64,000 nt of DNA, taken from positions 194,581-258,580 of the IMG/VR virus record IMGVR_UViG_3300005965_000002, one strand, 5' to 3'. A program made the position numbers and the translations under genes. Positions 11,601-21,237 of this stretch are shown in pieces (position 1 is the first letter of the stretch; the number at the start of each line of letters is the position of its first letter). The notes beneath the pieces were generated by a model. The model was not told the origin of the DNA and did no database searches. It worked only from the letters and a program-made list of their open reading frames with translations.

Positions 11601-12085
11601 TAAAAGATATAAAATTGCCCTTAATACGAATGATGAAACGTAACGGGTCTTTTATTCCTCTCGATGATTTAGGGAATCTTTCATTTGAAGTTTTCCAGAA
11701 AACTAGCAGCAGTGGGGTGCCCTCGTATAGGACACTTGATAGTGTTCTTACTTACCGGACTTCAGAAAACGGCGGGCCTGATCACCTTTTCCGTACCGTT
11801 TACGAGGATAATATCAGCTTAATGCTTGTAGATGACCCGACTGAGGTATCGCATGGTCCTGGTAGAGCTTATATACAGTCTGATGGTAGGATCATAGTCA
11901 GTACAAAAGACGGGGCCCCTCCACAAAGTAAATACTATAAAGCTGCCTATTACGTTTTATACCCAAATGATGTTAATGTAGCTGAGGATATAGAAACCAC
12001 GGAAATTGAATACCTAGTGGTGGACTCAGCTAGTTTAAAAGATTTAGAAATTATAACTGAGCAAGTTACCAGAAGAGGATTATAA
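8687..12085 (+). CDS. Baseplate J-like (P2 gpJ / T4 gp6) wedge protein with large insertions
   Basis: ATGKVTFF...IIIPAGTQVST...AVLGGSQGNVPAGSI...VTNTNPTNYGANRETNRELSERI...GTEGGY...VPGVQQARV, and C-terminal LVNVIRSVPGVKDI. Confidence 0.85.
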   Translation: MTIAAPIIEYPMTDWTGSGTDKYYTSELIQIISGTVPVTTADVQELGSIITVEFRYRITSGGTTSPYSNFSNAGITVGSTLSTATEIPWSLNTEGIVSFDVDDTIEFELKTVKRISNNQGAGYVSEESSLSKVTVGIIAEDKITASVIEPTGTRLERARDYIKVFVPVNSLKTNRDNDLVGVNFYISLDAGGGVNGYQKINQSYIVEADVSETESEVLQVSSTEDTTNNLTVTTTKTRQVQREYVTYTINSTVLNRLVSENKIRNVFLDNDATLNPDIVYYFVTTALSFDKSLKQVVESNYSVELEGEFLEYATDFQSIPGRNNSDIIFSVTKTLTTDNNTVNVIGGSVVRDILDPVALEFSKYYIIQDFIFKTLSVDTLIDFDDADGDGVSDPIETNIDKRNLADALGIRDGANLQLIINEQFDKRAANCNITRRDPIQATGKVTFFVSNAPTNDIIIPAGTQVSTAADPTTGSTSVAFTVVGTKLIDSSNPDFYYNPTLRRYEIEADVRAVLGGSQGNVPAGSIERATGLPSNIQVTNTNPTNYGANRETNRELSERIKLAIAGVDSGTEGGYKKTSESVPGVQQARVEKAGDELMVRDLDISSRRHLGGKVDIYIKGERRRQYIDQVAFKFEYPTDTFGKLSGERFYVINANEFRIQTRNTKVTATNPIISVSNVRNVTRGSDYDISGYRIIGDGDTVILENNQTNNRIGMATLDVIEVNYSYRSSNVITLEHQPVNTIISVTDSDGNLVDEAEYRLVRLEDPLLTGESSISKYGIEFLFDSQNDVNEFRQIDDEQHDMFLDIPISLSLKGVDIDSITVLNADDESIVYKKDIDYEVTGGTQVIPTQLSLLPNSAIRQGQRISVSYRANENFEVTYQANSLVEQAQEEVEKLKHADADVVVKQGIGNRVDISARVIKDGRLDSRYLESDRTVLKSRIQTAVANYVQKLRMGETFTQASLVNVIRSVPGVKDIKLPLIRMMKRNGSFIPLDDLGNLSFEVFQKTSSSGVPSYRTLDSVLTYRTSENGGPDHLFRTVYEDNISLMLVDDPTEVSHGPGRAYIQSDGRIIVSTKDGAPPQSKYYKAAYYVLYPNDVNVAEDIETTEIEYLVVDSASLKDLEIITEQVTRRGL

Positions 12086-12087
12086 AG

Positions 12088-15000
12088 ATGGCCACAAACC
12101 TCGGTGATGATGTTTTTAGCGTATATGACGGACTTTCTTATGCCTATGATAAGGTATTCTTCCAACCCGGAAAGCCTCCTCTTGCTGCAGAGCTTAATGA
12201 TGCCCAGCAGTTTGTTGAACTACTTTCACAAAAGAGCACGGGGCACTTACCCTCTGGGTGGTTAACCAGTAGGTCTCACTATACTTCTTCTGAATTAGTG
12301 AATAAGTTTTACACTCAGAACCCAAAAGGAGCCAAACCAGAGGTAGCTTTGGTAAACGGTTGGCCAATCTATGTAACCAACACGGATACTGAACTAAAGC
12401 ACGTAAACTCTATAGATTTTAATGATTTTGAGTTACGCTCAGGTACGCGAGTAGACGGAGTTTTCCTTGAAGTATGGAGAAAGAAAATAGCTCCTAATAG
12501 AGATGATATGGATGCTTCGTCAGCTAAGCCTCAGCCCATACGTATCACCAACGATATTAATAGTGTTGATATGCTTGATAACAATATTGGATGGGCTGTC
12601 GGGGATAATGGAGTCATTTTAAAGACTACAGATGGCGGTAACAATTGGGTTTCTAAAGAGGCTCCTGTTTCTGTAAGTTGGAAGGCTGTCAAATTTCTAA
12701 ACAGCTCTATTGGGTTTGCCGTGGGTTCTGGCGGATACATCATTAAGAGCTTAAACGGCGGACAAACCTGGTTTACGGTAGATACCGACATAAACGATAC
12801 GTTGAACGATATAGTGATTTTAGATTCTAAAAATGTGGTGGCAGTTGGTAATAACGGCACGGTTCTATTAGCATCCGATGGTTTAACTTTTAATGTGATT
12901 ACTCAGACTTCAGGGGTCACGGAAGATTTTAACGGTGTATTTTTCTTTGATACATCTGTGGGGTGGGTCGTAGGAAATAATGGCACACTTCTTATTTCTT
13001 TAGATGGCGGTAGATCCTGGACTAAACAAACCATTACTGATTCAGATACAAATGCTAAGATTGAGAAAAATCTAAATTCTGTTGGTTTTTATAATTTAAA
13101 TGATGGGATTATAGTAGGTGATGATGGCCTAATCCTAAAGAGCACAGATGGTGGGTATAACTGGGCTAACGTGAGCGGCAGAATATGGACAGGATCCGAA
13201 TATAAGTCCCTAGTTCAGATAGACCCACGAAAAGAGAACCATCTAAATAAAGTGTTTATTAGCAGAAACTTTCCGTTAAATTTTACCATTTCAGTTTATT
13301 CTTCATCTAAGAATTTTTTCACTGGTGCCACATATAAGATATCTCCTGCAAGTAGTCCGAATTCGTTAGTGCTTGAGTGGAGAGGTGTGCAGGACGGAAA
13401 GTCTTACTCAAAGGTATTAGACCTTGAGGTATACGCATCATCAGAAGAACTGAGAGATGCTATCAATAATATAACAAGTCCTTATTTAGCATCAGATGTG
13501 GGTTTACCCTATGACGATAGAAGAAAAACAAGAGTTTTCGAGTCTATCGTAAACTTCGCCCCCATTGCTTCTCCGTCAAATATTAACCCTATATCTGGAA
13601 CGATACCTTCCAGGACAACTACTAATATCAACTTTTCTATTGAGGATAGAGCATGGATAGCCGGTAATGACGGCACCGTACTGACCACGGTTAATAGCGG
13701 TTCTAGGTGGCAAATATCAGATACCGGTAAGGGTATAGACTTTTATGGTATAGAATTCATAGACGAGAATTTAGGTTGGGTGGTAGGTGCCGAGGGTTTT
13801 ATCCTAAAGTATGACCCGGAAAACCAGACTAACAATTATGAAGAGCAGACTACGGATTTAAGTGTGGAGACTACAGAGAGAATATATCCGGAGGGAAATA
13901 TCTTATCAGACGCCGAAGATTTCCTTGAGGATTTAATGGTCGATCCTAATGTGGGTGTTGAAACCTCCAGGAGAGTCCAAATTCAGTACCGTATTCGGAT
14001 AGTGGATGGAGTGGATCCTTTTAATTATCCTGAGGCAGGGTTAGGTGCTCAGTACGTATACAGCCAAGGGCCTAACAATAATGCATCGGATGCGGGTAGC
14101 TACACGTTTAAGAATATGGGCAGTGAGAATGGAGACTACGGGCTTTGGAGAGCTCGGTGCAGGAACACCTTTGATGGGTTTACTTGGGCTGTCCCAATGT
14201 TTTTTGTGTCAAGAAGGAATTCGTCCCCTTTTAATATAGAGTCTAATATTAATGGTTCTACCTATTTTGAATTAGGAGCTGTCCGCCCGGATGGTCTAAC
14301 ATATGAAGAGATTGTAGATACTGATATTGTAGATCTTAGAAGAAAGTTAAATATCAATTCCTATAGTCATTTGCTTGAGCAAAATTTGGACTCTCTGCTA
14401 AGCAATAATCTTAGGACAAAGCTCGATAATAGAGATAACCGTGGTACTCAATTTAGCACAAGTATAATGGGGGTTGACTCTTATGAGGGAATTTCTTCCA
14501 TTGGAAATTTAGCTACAGGAGGAGTTTCTTCAACAGCGGTTGTTCGAGAAGATGTTAAGCAATTGAATCCTACAATAGCATTGACCGAAACAGAGCTCAC
14601 TTTTGGACCCCGCGAAAAGGCTCTGTATCATAACGACTTGGCTTTTTATAGCGCTGTCGTCGTACGTGATGGTGAAGTTACTACTGAGCCTGTGGAAGGT
14701 ACCTGGGAGGGTTTGGGTACAAATACGGTAACTTTTGTTTTGAGTGATGCTAATGTTGCAGAAAACAACATCGAATATAGATTTACAGCCAGCTACATAG
14801 ACTACTCAGGTACAGGTTTATCCAAGGTCCCCCACAAGCCTTTAGGTATTCTCTACGTACCGGATGCCACGGGCAACTCCAGATTTTATCGAGGTATAAA
14901 TACTCGTGACGTGTCCCAGACCATTGAGACTTTAGCGGAAAGAGTAACCGGGTATCCTGATTATACCGTGGCCTATTCCGGTAGGACCATTTTGGATAAT

Positions 15001-16563
15001 AAAGAATCCAGAGATCTGTATAAGTTAGCCGTAACCTCGGATGAGGGTAGTACTTCTTATAACAGATCAGTACGTACCTTTAAAGGACAACAATTTAGAG
15101 GGTCATTGGTAGAATACCATTATTTCTATCGGACAAGTGCTCCCACCAGAACTTTGGAAATACCGAAAAACGTAAACAATTATAGTGTGTTTTCTGTTCG
15201 TCAGGTAAAAGGAGTAAATGGATCCCTTTATAAGATTTCTAATAGTTATGCTAAGGGGGAAACACTTAGAGACTGGAAAATTAATGATCTGAATCAGTCG
15301 GTGAATAGCAATATTATTATTTATCTTGATGAGTCATTCACTATACCTGCTGATACTGTGGTAGAAGTGATAATGGAAGTTAATACGGCACCATCCTCTT
15401 TATACTCTGATTTAGGTATCACAGTTACCAATGAGGGTGATAATCAGGGAAGTTTACGTGCTCCGTATATCGCAAACTATAATGTAGGATCAAAAGGCAT
15501 AGGCGGACTATACAGCTCCATCCTATTTCCAGTTTTTATCAATGATCAGCAGAATTATATAGAGGTCGATTTAAATAATCAAAAAAAAATAAATCAAGAT
15601 GAGCCCTATACGGGGTTTCCGGCTTTTTCTGGTATGGGAGAATTAGAAGATGGGTCAATTCTTGGTGTAAGCACAATTCAAACCGATGACAGCAACCATC
15701 AGCTCTATGTTTGGTACCAGGAGAATACCGGAAAAAAACAATTTTCTGCTTTACCCATTTCAAGCATTACAGGTACAACGGACGACCCGGATAATACCGG
15801 ACTAGGAACATCAATAATCAGGCTGAATATAGACCCTAGAGTTACCCTCAGCCAGAAGCTGGTGTACGTGCCTATGCTCGTTAAGCAGACTACTCTACCT
15901 AATTTAGGAGATACTAGCGTAGCATACGCTACATATTATTACAGGCCCTATCAAACATTGAATACATTACCGGAGTCACTATCTGTAGAAATAATGAAGT
16001 CTTTTGAGAATGTTTACGTATCTAACCTCGGAACTGGCGGTACTCCAATAATTAGAGGGGAGCCGTACCAGAACCCTATTGAGCATATTCCTGTGAATGA
16101 CCCTGGATTTCTGAATGAGAACATATTTTCAAATGTTGATGATTTAGATTTTATTAATTATAGTATTGATTCAGGGTTTGTTAAACTGCCCGCTATAATC
16201 TCCAGGACATTGGGAAAAACAATTACTCTATCAAATCCTAATAATGTGGGGGATAGCCTGGGTAGGGCTTTCTACTCAGAGTGCTCCGAAAATTTCAGGG
16301 TACAGGCTGAGGATTTAACTATTGCTACTCCAAGAAAAGTTTTTATACCAATGATCGCCAGAATAAGGTCAGCCGTAACAGAGCCTTTTGTTAGGGGAGA
16401 GCTGGTGCTGTTGGTAGTCTCAAAGGTGTATAAAGCTAGAATCGAAAACTCTACTGGTTTTTATGAGGACGAGAATGAGGAATACCAGCCCGGTTACATA
16501 GAGGAAGCTGATACTGCAGTAGGTGTATACCGCCTGGCAAATAAACCCATTGTTCGGATGTAA
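12088..16563 (+). CDS. Baseplate/tail structural protein (DUF4815-like N-terminus) with inserted BNR/YCF48-type beta-propeller
   Basis: YDKVFFQPGKPPLAAELNDAQ; multiple GWAVGDNGVILKTTDGGxxW repeats; paralogous to 42062..45631. Confidence 0.75.
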   Translation: MATNLGDDVFSVYDGLSYAYDKVFFQPGKPPLAAELNDAQQFVELLSQKSTGHLPSGWLTSRSHYTSSELVNKFYTQNPKGAKPEVALVNGWPIYVTNTDTELKHVNSIDFNDFELRSGTRVDGVFLEVWRKKIAPNRDDMDASSAKPQPIRITNDINSVDMLDNNIGWAVGDNGVILKTTDGGNNWVSKEAPVSVSWKAVKFLNSSIGFAVGSGGYIIKSLNGGQTWFTVDTDINDTLNDIVILDSKNVVAVGNNGTVLLASDGLTFNVITQTSGVTEDFNGVFFFDTSVGWVVGNNGTLLISLDGGRSWTKQTITDSDTNAKIEKNLNSVGFYNLNDGIIVGDDGLILKSTDGGYNWANVSGRIWTGSEYKSLVQIDPRKENHLNKVFISRNFPLNFTISVYSSSKNFFTGATYKISPASSPNSLVLEWRGVQDGKSYSKVLDLEVYASSEELRDAINNITSPYLASDVGLPYDDRRKTRVFESIVNFAPIASPSNINPISGTIPSRTTTNINFSIEDRAWIAGNDGTVLTTVNSGSRWQISDTGKGIDFYGIEFIDENLGWVVGAEGFILKYDPENQTNNYEEQTTDLSVETTERIYPEGNILSDAEDFLEDLMVDPNVGVETSRRVQIQYRIRIVDGVDPFNYPEAGLGAQYVYSQGPNNNASDAGSYTFKNMGSENGDYGLWRARCRNTFDGFTWAVPMFFVSRRNSSPFNIESNINGSTYFELGAVRPDGLTYEEIVDTDIVDLRRKLNINSYSHLLEQNLDSLLSNNLRTKLDNRDNRGTQFSTSIMGVDSYEGISSIGNLATGGVSSTAVVREDVKQLNPTIALTETELTFGPREKALYHNDLAFYSAVVVRDGEVTTEPVEGTWEGLGTNTVTFVLSDANVAENNIEYRFTASYIDYSGTGLSKVPHKPLGILYVPDATGNSRFYRGINTRDVSQTIETLAERVTGYPDYTVAYSGRTILDNKESRDLYKLAVTSDEGSTSYNRSVRTFKGQQFRGSLVEYHYFYRTSAPTRTLEIPKNVNNYSVFSVRQVKGVNGSLYKISNSYAKGETLRDWKINDLNQSVNSNIIIYLDESFTIPADTVVEVIMEVNTAPSSLYSDLGITVTNEGDNQGSLRAPYIANYNVGSKGIGGLYSSILFPVFINDQQNYIEVDLNNQKKINQDEPYTGFPAFSGMGELEDGSILGVSTIQTDDSNHQLYVWYQENTGKKQFSALPISSITGTTDDPDNTGLGTSIIRLNIDPRVTLSQKLVYVPMLVKQTTLPNLGDTSVAYATYYYRPYQTLNTLPESLSVEIMKSFENVYVSNLGTGGTPIIRGEPYQNPIEHIPVNDPGFLNENIFSNVDDLDFINYSIDSGFVKLPAIISRTLGKTITLSNPNNVGDSLGRAFYSECSENFRVQAEDLTIATPRKVFIPMIARIRSAVTEPFVRGELVLLVVSKVYKARIENSTGFYEDENEEYQPGYIEEADTAVGVYRLANKPIVRM

Positions 16564-16566
16564 TAC

Positions 16567-17643
16567 ATGGAAATTCGTTTAGGAAAAAACAATGTCATTA
16601 GAAGAGTTAAGGATGGACAAGGCAATACTAAGTACATCGTTAACTTAGGTACTATCATATATAACAATGTATTTAAGACATTAGATAACCTTGAAATTCC
16701 TATTTTTAATGAATCCATATTTAGATTGCCTGATGATGCCAATAAGTACGCTGCTGTAAACGCTTACTATAATGTAGAGCAAGGCAGGTTCATATTTAAG
16801 ACAGTCAAGAAGTCTATCTCAAATATCGGCTCTGTTAAGTCTGATGTAGTATATAATTCACTTCCTATCTGCCAGTTCATTTTAAGGCAAGTAGACCCTA
16901 CTTTTGAAGTTATTCAAGTCTATGAGTATTCACAAGCTGCTACTTTTAGTATCTCAGATTCTCTAGAAAAAGGAGAAAAGGGGCTGCAGGGTCCTTTAGG
17001 GCAGACAGGAGCTCAAGGAGAAACAGGAGCTTTAGGCATAACAGGAGCTTTAGGAGAAATAGGATATACGGGTATACAAGGACCTACAGGCGTAGGTGAG
17101 ACAGGGTATCACGGCCCGCAAGGAGAAACAGGGTGGTATCCCGATCTTGATTTAACTTTTCACTTAAAATTTAAGAGTGCAGATACGGTGCAGGTCGATT
17201 ACTCCGTTTATGAAAAAGATTTTCAATGGATTTCTAGTGGTGCCTCCTATTTTTCTACAGAGACAGGAATAATTGATAATGCCCATTTTGCTCAGTACGT
17301 CGGTGGGACTTCTAGATATTTAAGAAATGAATACATTGGTATCGGTAAGTCAGGTATAGGTTCAACCGGTTCTTTTTCTATGTGGTTCCGTCTTGACGTT
17401 CCGCCAATTCCTTCTTTTACGTATAGCATAGATTCACAAGTATCTACGAAGGTACGGTTTCAGGATACTTCTGAGAATTATCCGTCGAACTGGTTCTGGG
17501 AATTTGGTGGAATAAATAAGACCAGCACCGGTACAGATATCCCTGTCATTGATTTTGAATCCTCAGGATCATATGAGGTTTCATTGACGGCTACTAACAA
17601 TTATGGATCTAATAAAGTTACTCAAATTGTAGTGGTTCCATAA
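16567..17643 (+). CDS. Collagen-like fibre protein with partial LamG and C-terminal PKD domain
   Basis: Gly-X-Y run at 16972-17139; SFSMWFR; PKD motif NWFWEFGG...GSYEVSLTATN. Confidence 0.8.
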   Translation: MEIRLGKNNVIRRVKDGQGNTKYIVNLGTIIYNNVFKTLDNLEIPIFNESIFRLPDDANKYAAVNAYYNVEQGRFIFKTVKKSISNIGSVKSDVVYNSLPICQFILRQVDPTFEVIQVYEYSQAATFSISDSLEKGEKGLQGPLGQTGAQGETGALGITGALGEIGYTGIQGPTGVGETGYHGPQGETGWYPDLDLTFHLKFKSADTVQVDYSVYEKDFQWISSGASYFSTETGIIDNAHFAQYVGGTSRYLRNEYIGIGKSGIGSTGSFSMWFRLDVPPIPSFTYSIDSQVSTKVRFQDTSENYPSNWFWEFGGINKTSTGTDIPVIDFESSGSYEVSLTATNNYGSNKVTQIVVVP

Positions 17644-18164
17644 TGGATAGAATATTAGCAATGATTCCGTTAAAAGATGGGCACGCCTTTAAGTCTGAGG
17701 TTTTAAGGGGCTTGTGCAAGCAAACAGTGCCTGTTGATATAATGGCTGTTTCTAGACCTAAAAGCGAAAGGCATCGTAATATTCCTGCGGGATATATATC
17801 GATGTCAGAATGTAGAAATATAGCAAAAGAAGAGGGTTTGGAGCAATACAATTCTGAATATTTTCTTTTGCTCAATAGAGACGTGGTATTAAAAAGAGAC
17901 ACAGATATTGAGGATATGATAAATTTTCTTCAGTTTAATAGAGATTTTGGAGCTGTAGCTATAAATACTAGAAAAAAAGAAATCCGATTATTGGTTGATA
18001 ATACTCATACAGATATAGCATGCATGGTAATAAGAAGAAGTATATTGGAGAAGATTACTTTTCATAATGAAAAACATTGTAATTGCAGATGCGTGTGTGG
18101 CTATATAAGATCTAACGGTTTGAGTGTGGGCTACATAGACCATAGAAAATGTCCGGAGATTTAA
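17643..18164 (+). CDS. Small GT-A (GT2-like) glycosyltransferase with atypical motifs
   Basis: ILAMIP...L-x-KQT...SECRNIA...SEYFLLLNRDVVL...DIACMVIRRSILEKITF...IRSNGLSVGY follows the GT-A layout. Confidence 0.65.
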   Translation: MDRILAMIPLKDGHAFKSEVLRGLCKQTVPVDIMAVSRPKSERHRNIPAGYISMSECRNIAKEEGLEQYNSEYFLLLNRDVVLKRDTDIEDMINFLQFNRDFGAVAINTRKKEIRLLVDNTHTDIACMVIRRSILEKITFHNEKHCNCRCVCGYIRSNGLSVGYIDHRKCPEI

Positions 18165-21100
18165 ATGCTAGATTCTGTTTATTTTGTAGACCTATCAGCT
18201 ACGGGTACTAGCCACGCAGGTACACCAAAAGATCCTTTTTCTTATGAGGATTTTTCTAATATTGTTGGGCCTTCAACTGATGATGAGCTTTTCTATTTTA
18301 AGGGCCAATATACTATTACATCTGCATCACCAGCATTTAATACGGGTGGCGGTAATAAAAGAATAATAGCATGGGACTTAGAAGAGTTTGGTCCTTGGAG
18401 ATTAAAGGTAGAAGACTTTTCTAAATTTTCATTAGGATCTACTTTTATCATAGAAGATGGTATCCTTTTAATAGATGACACAGGGGATATATCTTTTGAC
18501 TTATTTCAACTAGAAAACGTCTATTTATATAGAAAAACATCTACAATTACAGACAAATTTATATTGGGAGGCTCGGCTGCTTCTAATATCTATATGTCCA
18601 CAGTACAGATAGATGGAATTTTAGAGTACGACACCGGATCCATAACTACTAGTTGTCTTAAGGTAGAGAACGGTATATCAATTCCTTCTACAGCATCCAC
18701 CGCAGCACTAACCTATTCTACTTACAACGGAGATTCTACTGCAGTTACTCCTGATCCTGGATTCTCAGGGTATTTTAACTTTGCGAACAACCAGGATTTA
18801 TTTGATTTTACGGGAATTACGGACATAAATGATGACCCGCAGTTCCCTTCCGGGATTACTGTATCCGACCCTTTTAATGACCCCATTACCTTCTTTTTTG
18901 ACGGTAATCCCAAAGTTAGATCCCAGGGTGCCTTTTATAGCAATGGGGCTAATCCAATAGTTTATGTAGATTTGAATAGTGGTGTCCCCGCTGGTAGTGG
19001 GACTTCCGGATCCCCCTATAATTTTACTCAATTTTATTCTGACCTGGATACCCGGTCATATGACACGGGTACGATTATTAAGCTTAAAGGGATGGCACAA
19101 ACTACTAATTATATTTCTATAGGCCAAAGATCGTTTGAGGGACATCTACTATTAGAAAGGTGGGAGAGTAGTATCCCCTGGGGAATTCATACTACGGATG
19201 GTATATCAAATAGAGGTATATCAAGAGGCGGAATATTTAAAACTGATGCCGATTTTATTAATACATTGGATTTGTCGAATACCTACTTAGAGGCAAATAG
19301 AGTAATACTGTATTCTACTGATAGAGGTGCTAAGATTAAAGGATCTACAGTGATAAGTTCTGGCACCCCAACAAGGATAGGTGACTGCTACACTCCCGAG
19401 ATATACCTATTTGTCGATTCTAATTACATAGATTCCGGGGTAGCGGATGTCGGGTCAGATGTTTTTGTGTGGTATTTTGGGTTGTCCACAGCGTTTAGCC
19501 AAGCCTCTAATTCCGAATCTGACTTTTTTGATCCTTCTGAGGGTATTATTAAGACCTTTCAATTAGATGATTGCGTTTTTGGTGTCACTCCCTCAGTGGT
19601 TTCTTTTTCTACTACTTTCGATGAAAATAATTACTTATACCCTTCCGATATATATAATAGCATCACTACTACCTCTTCAGATTATAGCACGAAATCAGGT
19701 TACTCTACTGGTATCTCAGGCAATCCCAGATACGGGGTGGGTGCCTACTATTTTCCGGAGGTGGTAGCTTCCTTTACAGCGTCCCCTACTTCAGGCGGTA
19801 TACCGTTAGAAGTGAATTTTAATAATGACTCTACAGGTATTATAACTGAATACTCATGGGATTTTGGAGATGGTACTACTTCTACAGAAGAAAACCCTGT
19901 AAAGACTTATACCAGTGCGGGTACTTATACGGTTACGTTGACAGTTACTGGGTTAGAAGGGATTACTGATACTTTTACTAGAACTGATTATATTATAGCA
20001 GTTGATTCACTCACAGCTGGGTTTTCAGGATCACCTTTATCTGGATCAGAGCCCCTCACTGTTAATTTTACGGATAGCTCAATCGGTGACATAAGTTATC
20101 GTATATGGAATTTTGGTGATGGTACGGCTTTAGAAGATGTAACCGATCCATCTCATACTTATAGTAATCCAGGAACATATACCGTCTCTCTTACAGTGCG
20201 TGATGCAGATTCTAATGAAGATACAGAAACTAAAACAGATTATGTAGAAGTATCCTCTGGACCTTTAACTGCTAATTTCACGGGTACCCCACAATCTGGA
20301 GAAAAACCACTTACTGTTAATTTTACAGATAATTCTGCGGGCAGTATTACATACAGATTGTGGGATTTTGGAGATGGGAATACGCAAGAAAACGTTACTG
20401 ACCCATCTCATACTTATAGCGACTCCGGCGTTTACACAGTTTCTTTAACTATTAGAGATGCATCTCTCAATCAAGATATAAAAACAAGAACCGAGTATAT
20501 AACAGTTACAGAGCCGCCTCTAAATGCTGATTTTTCTGCTAGTCCTGTTTTTGGCACTGAGCCTTTATCAGTATCTTTTACAGATAGCTCTACAGGGGAT
20601 ATATCTTATAGGCTATGGACCTTTGGTGACGGGACTTCTGAAGAAGATACCGTAAACCCCTCCCATACATATACCAGCCCTGGTTTATACACAGTCAGCC
20701 TGTTGGTGAGGGATCCTTCATTAGAAGAAGATTTAGAGACAAAGGTTAACTACGTAACTGTAGGTGAAGATTTTATAGTAGCCGACAAGGTTTTGATGGA
20801 ATCCAGTAATGCTTCTACAGGGGATTATTGGAAGATATACATAGATGACCAGAAAAGATTTGTTTTTGAGACCAATGTATATATATGGAGAACTGTAGAT
20901 CCTCAAGCTGAGATTAAAAAATGGACGTTTATCCAATTTTTACCGCATAAAGATACCATGTACGTTGGGAAATACAGCTCTGGTTGGAAAAAAGTAGATC
21001 TTGTTAAATTCATTAACGGGTCTCCGGATACTCCAACCAGCACCAGAACGTATGTCGTTCCGAATTCTACATTTAAGATAGACGACATTCAAATATGGGA

Positions 21101-21173
21101 TAAAGAAGTAAACAAAAAAACCCATTTTCAGCAAAATAGGGGTAAAGCGGGATTACTGGATAATCGATCCTAA
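18165..21173 (+). CDS. Fibre/adhesin: two short beta-helix-like modules, four PKD domains, partial C-terminal LamG
   Basis: Four WDFGDG/WNFGDG/WTFGDG PKD repeats; C-terminal KWTFIQF...KIDDIQIWDK. Confidence 0.85.
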   Translation: MLDSVYFVDLSATGTSHAGTPKDPFSYEDFSNIVGPSTDDELFYFKGQYTITSASPAFNTGGGNKRIIAWDLEEFGPWRLKVEDFSKFSLGSTFIIEDGILLIDDTGDISFDLFQLENVYLYRKTSTITDKFILGGSAASNIYMSTVQIDGILEYDTGSITTSCLKVENGISIPSTASTAALTYSTYNGDSTAVTPDPGFSGYFNFANNQDLFDFTGITDINDDPQFPSGITVSDPFNDPITFFFDGNPKVRSQGAFYSNGANPIVYVDLNSGVPAGSGTSGSPYNFTQFYSDLDTRSYDTGTIIKLKGMAQTTNYISIGQRSFEGHLLLERWESSIPWGIHTTDGISNRGISRGGIFKTDADFINTLDLSNTYLEANRVILYSTDRGAKIKGSTVISSGTPTRIGDCYTPEIYLFVDSNYIDSGVADVGSDVFVWYFGLSTAFSQASNSESDFFDPSEGIIKTFQLDDCVFGVTPSVVSFSTTFDENNYLYPSDIYNSITTTSSDYSTKSGYSTGISGNPRYGVGAYYFPEVVASFTASPTSGGIPLEVNFNNDSTGIITEYSWDFGDGTTSTEENPVKTYTSAGTYTVTLTVTGLEGITDTFTRTDYIIAVDSLTAGFSGSPLSGSEPLTVNFTDSSIGDISYRIWNFGDGTALEDVTDPSHTYSNPGTYTVSLTVRDADSNEDTETKTDYVEVSSGPLTANFTGTPQSGEKPLTVNFTDNSAGSITYRLWDFGDGNTQENVTDPSHTYSDSGVYTVSLTIRDASLNQDIKTRTEYITVTEPPLNADFSASPVFGTEPLSVSFTDSSTGDISYRLWTFGDGTSEEDTVNPSHTYTSPGLYTVSLLVRDPSLEEDLETKVNYVTVGEDFIVADKVLMESSNASTGDYWKIYIDDQKRFVFETNVYIWRTVDPQAEIKKWTFIQFLPHKDTMYVGKYSSGWKKVDLVKFINGSPDTPTSTRTYVVPNSTFKIDDIQIWDKEVNKKTHFQQNRGKAGLLDNRS

Positions 21174-21180
21174 CATTAAA

Positions 21181-21195
21181 CCATGATCTATTAAT
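21181..21195 (+). promoter_or_regulatory. Candidate late promoter (core ATCTATTAAT)
   Basis: Intergenic match to the core of the recurrent motif. Confidence 0.45.
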
Positions 21196-21237
21196 ATTTT
21201 TCCCTTATCATTACATGCAGCGAATAGATGAGGGAAT

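Noticed and set aside
12540-13820. Photosystem II assembly factor YCF48 as an auxiliary metabolic gene
   Set aside because: The repeats are a generic BNR propeller inserted inside a structural protein.
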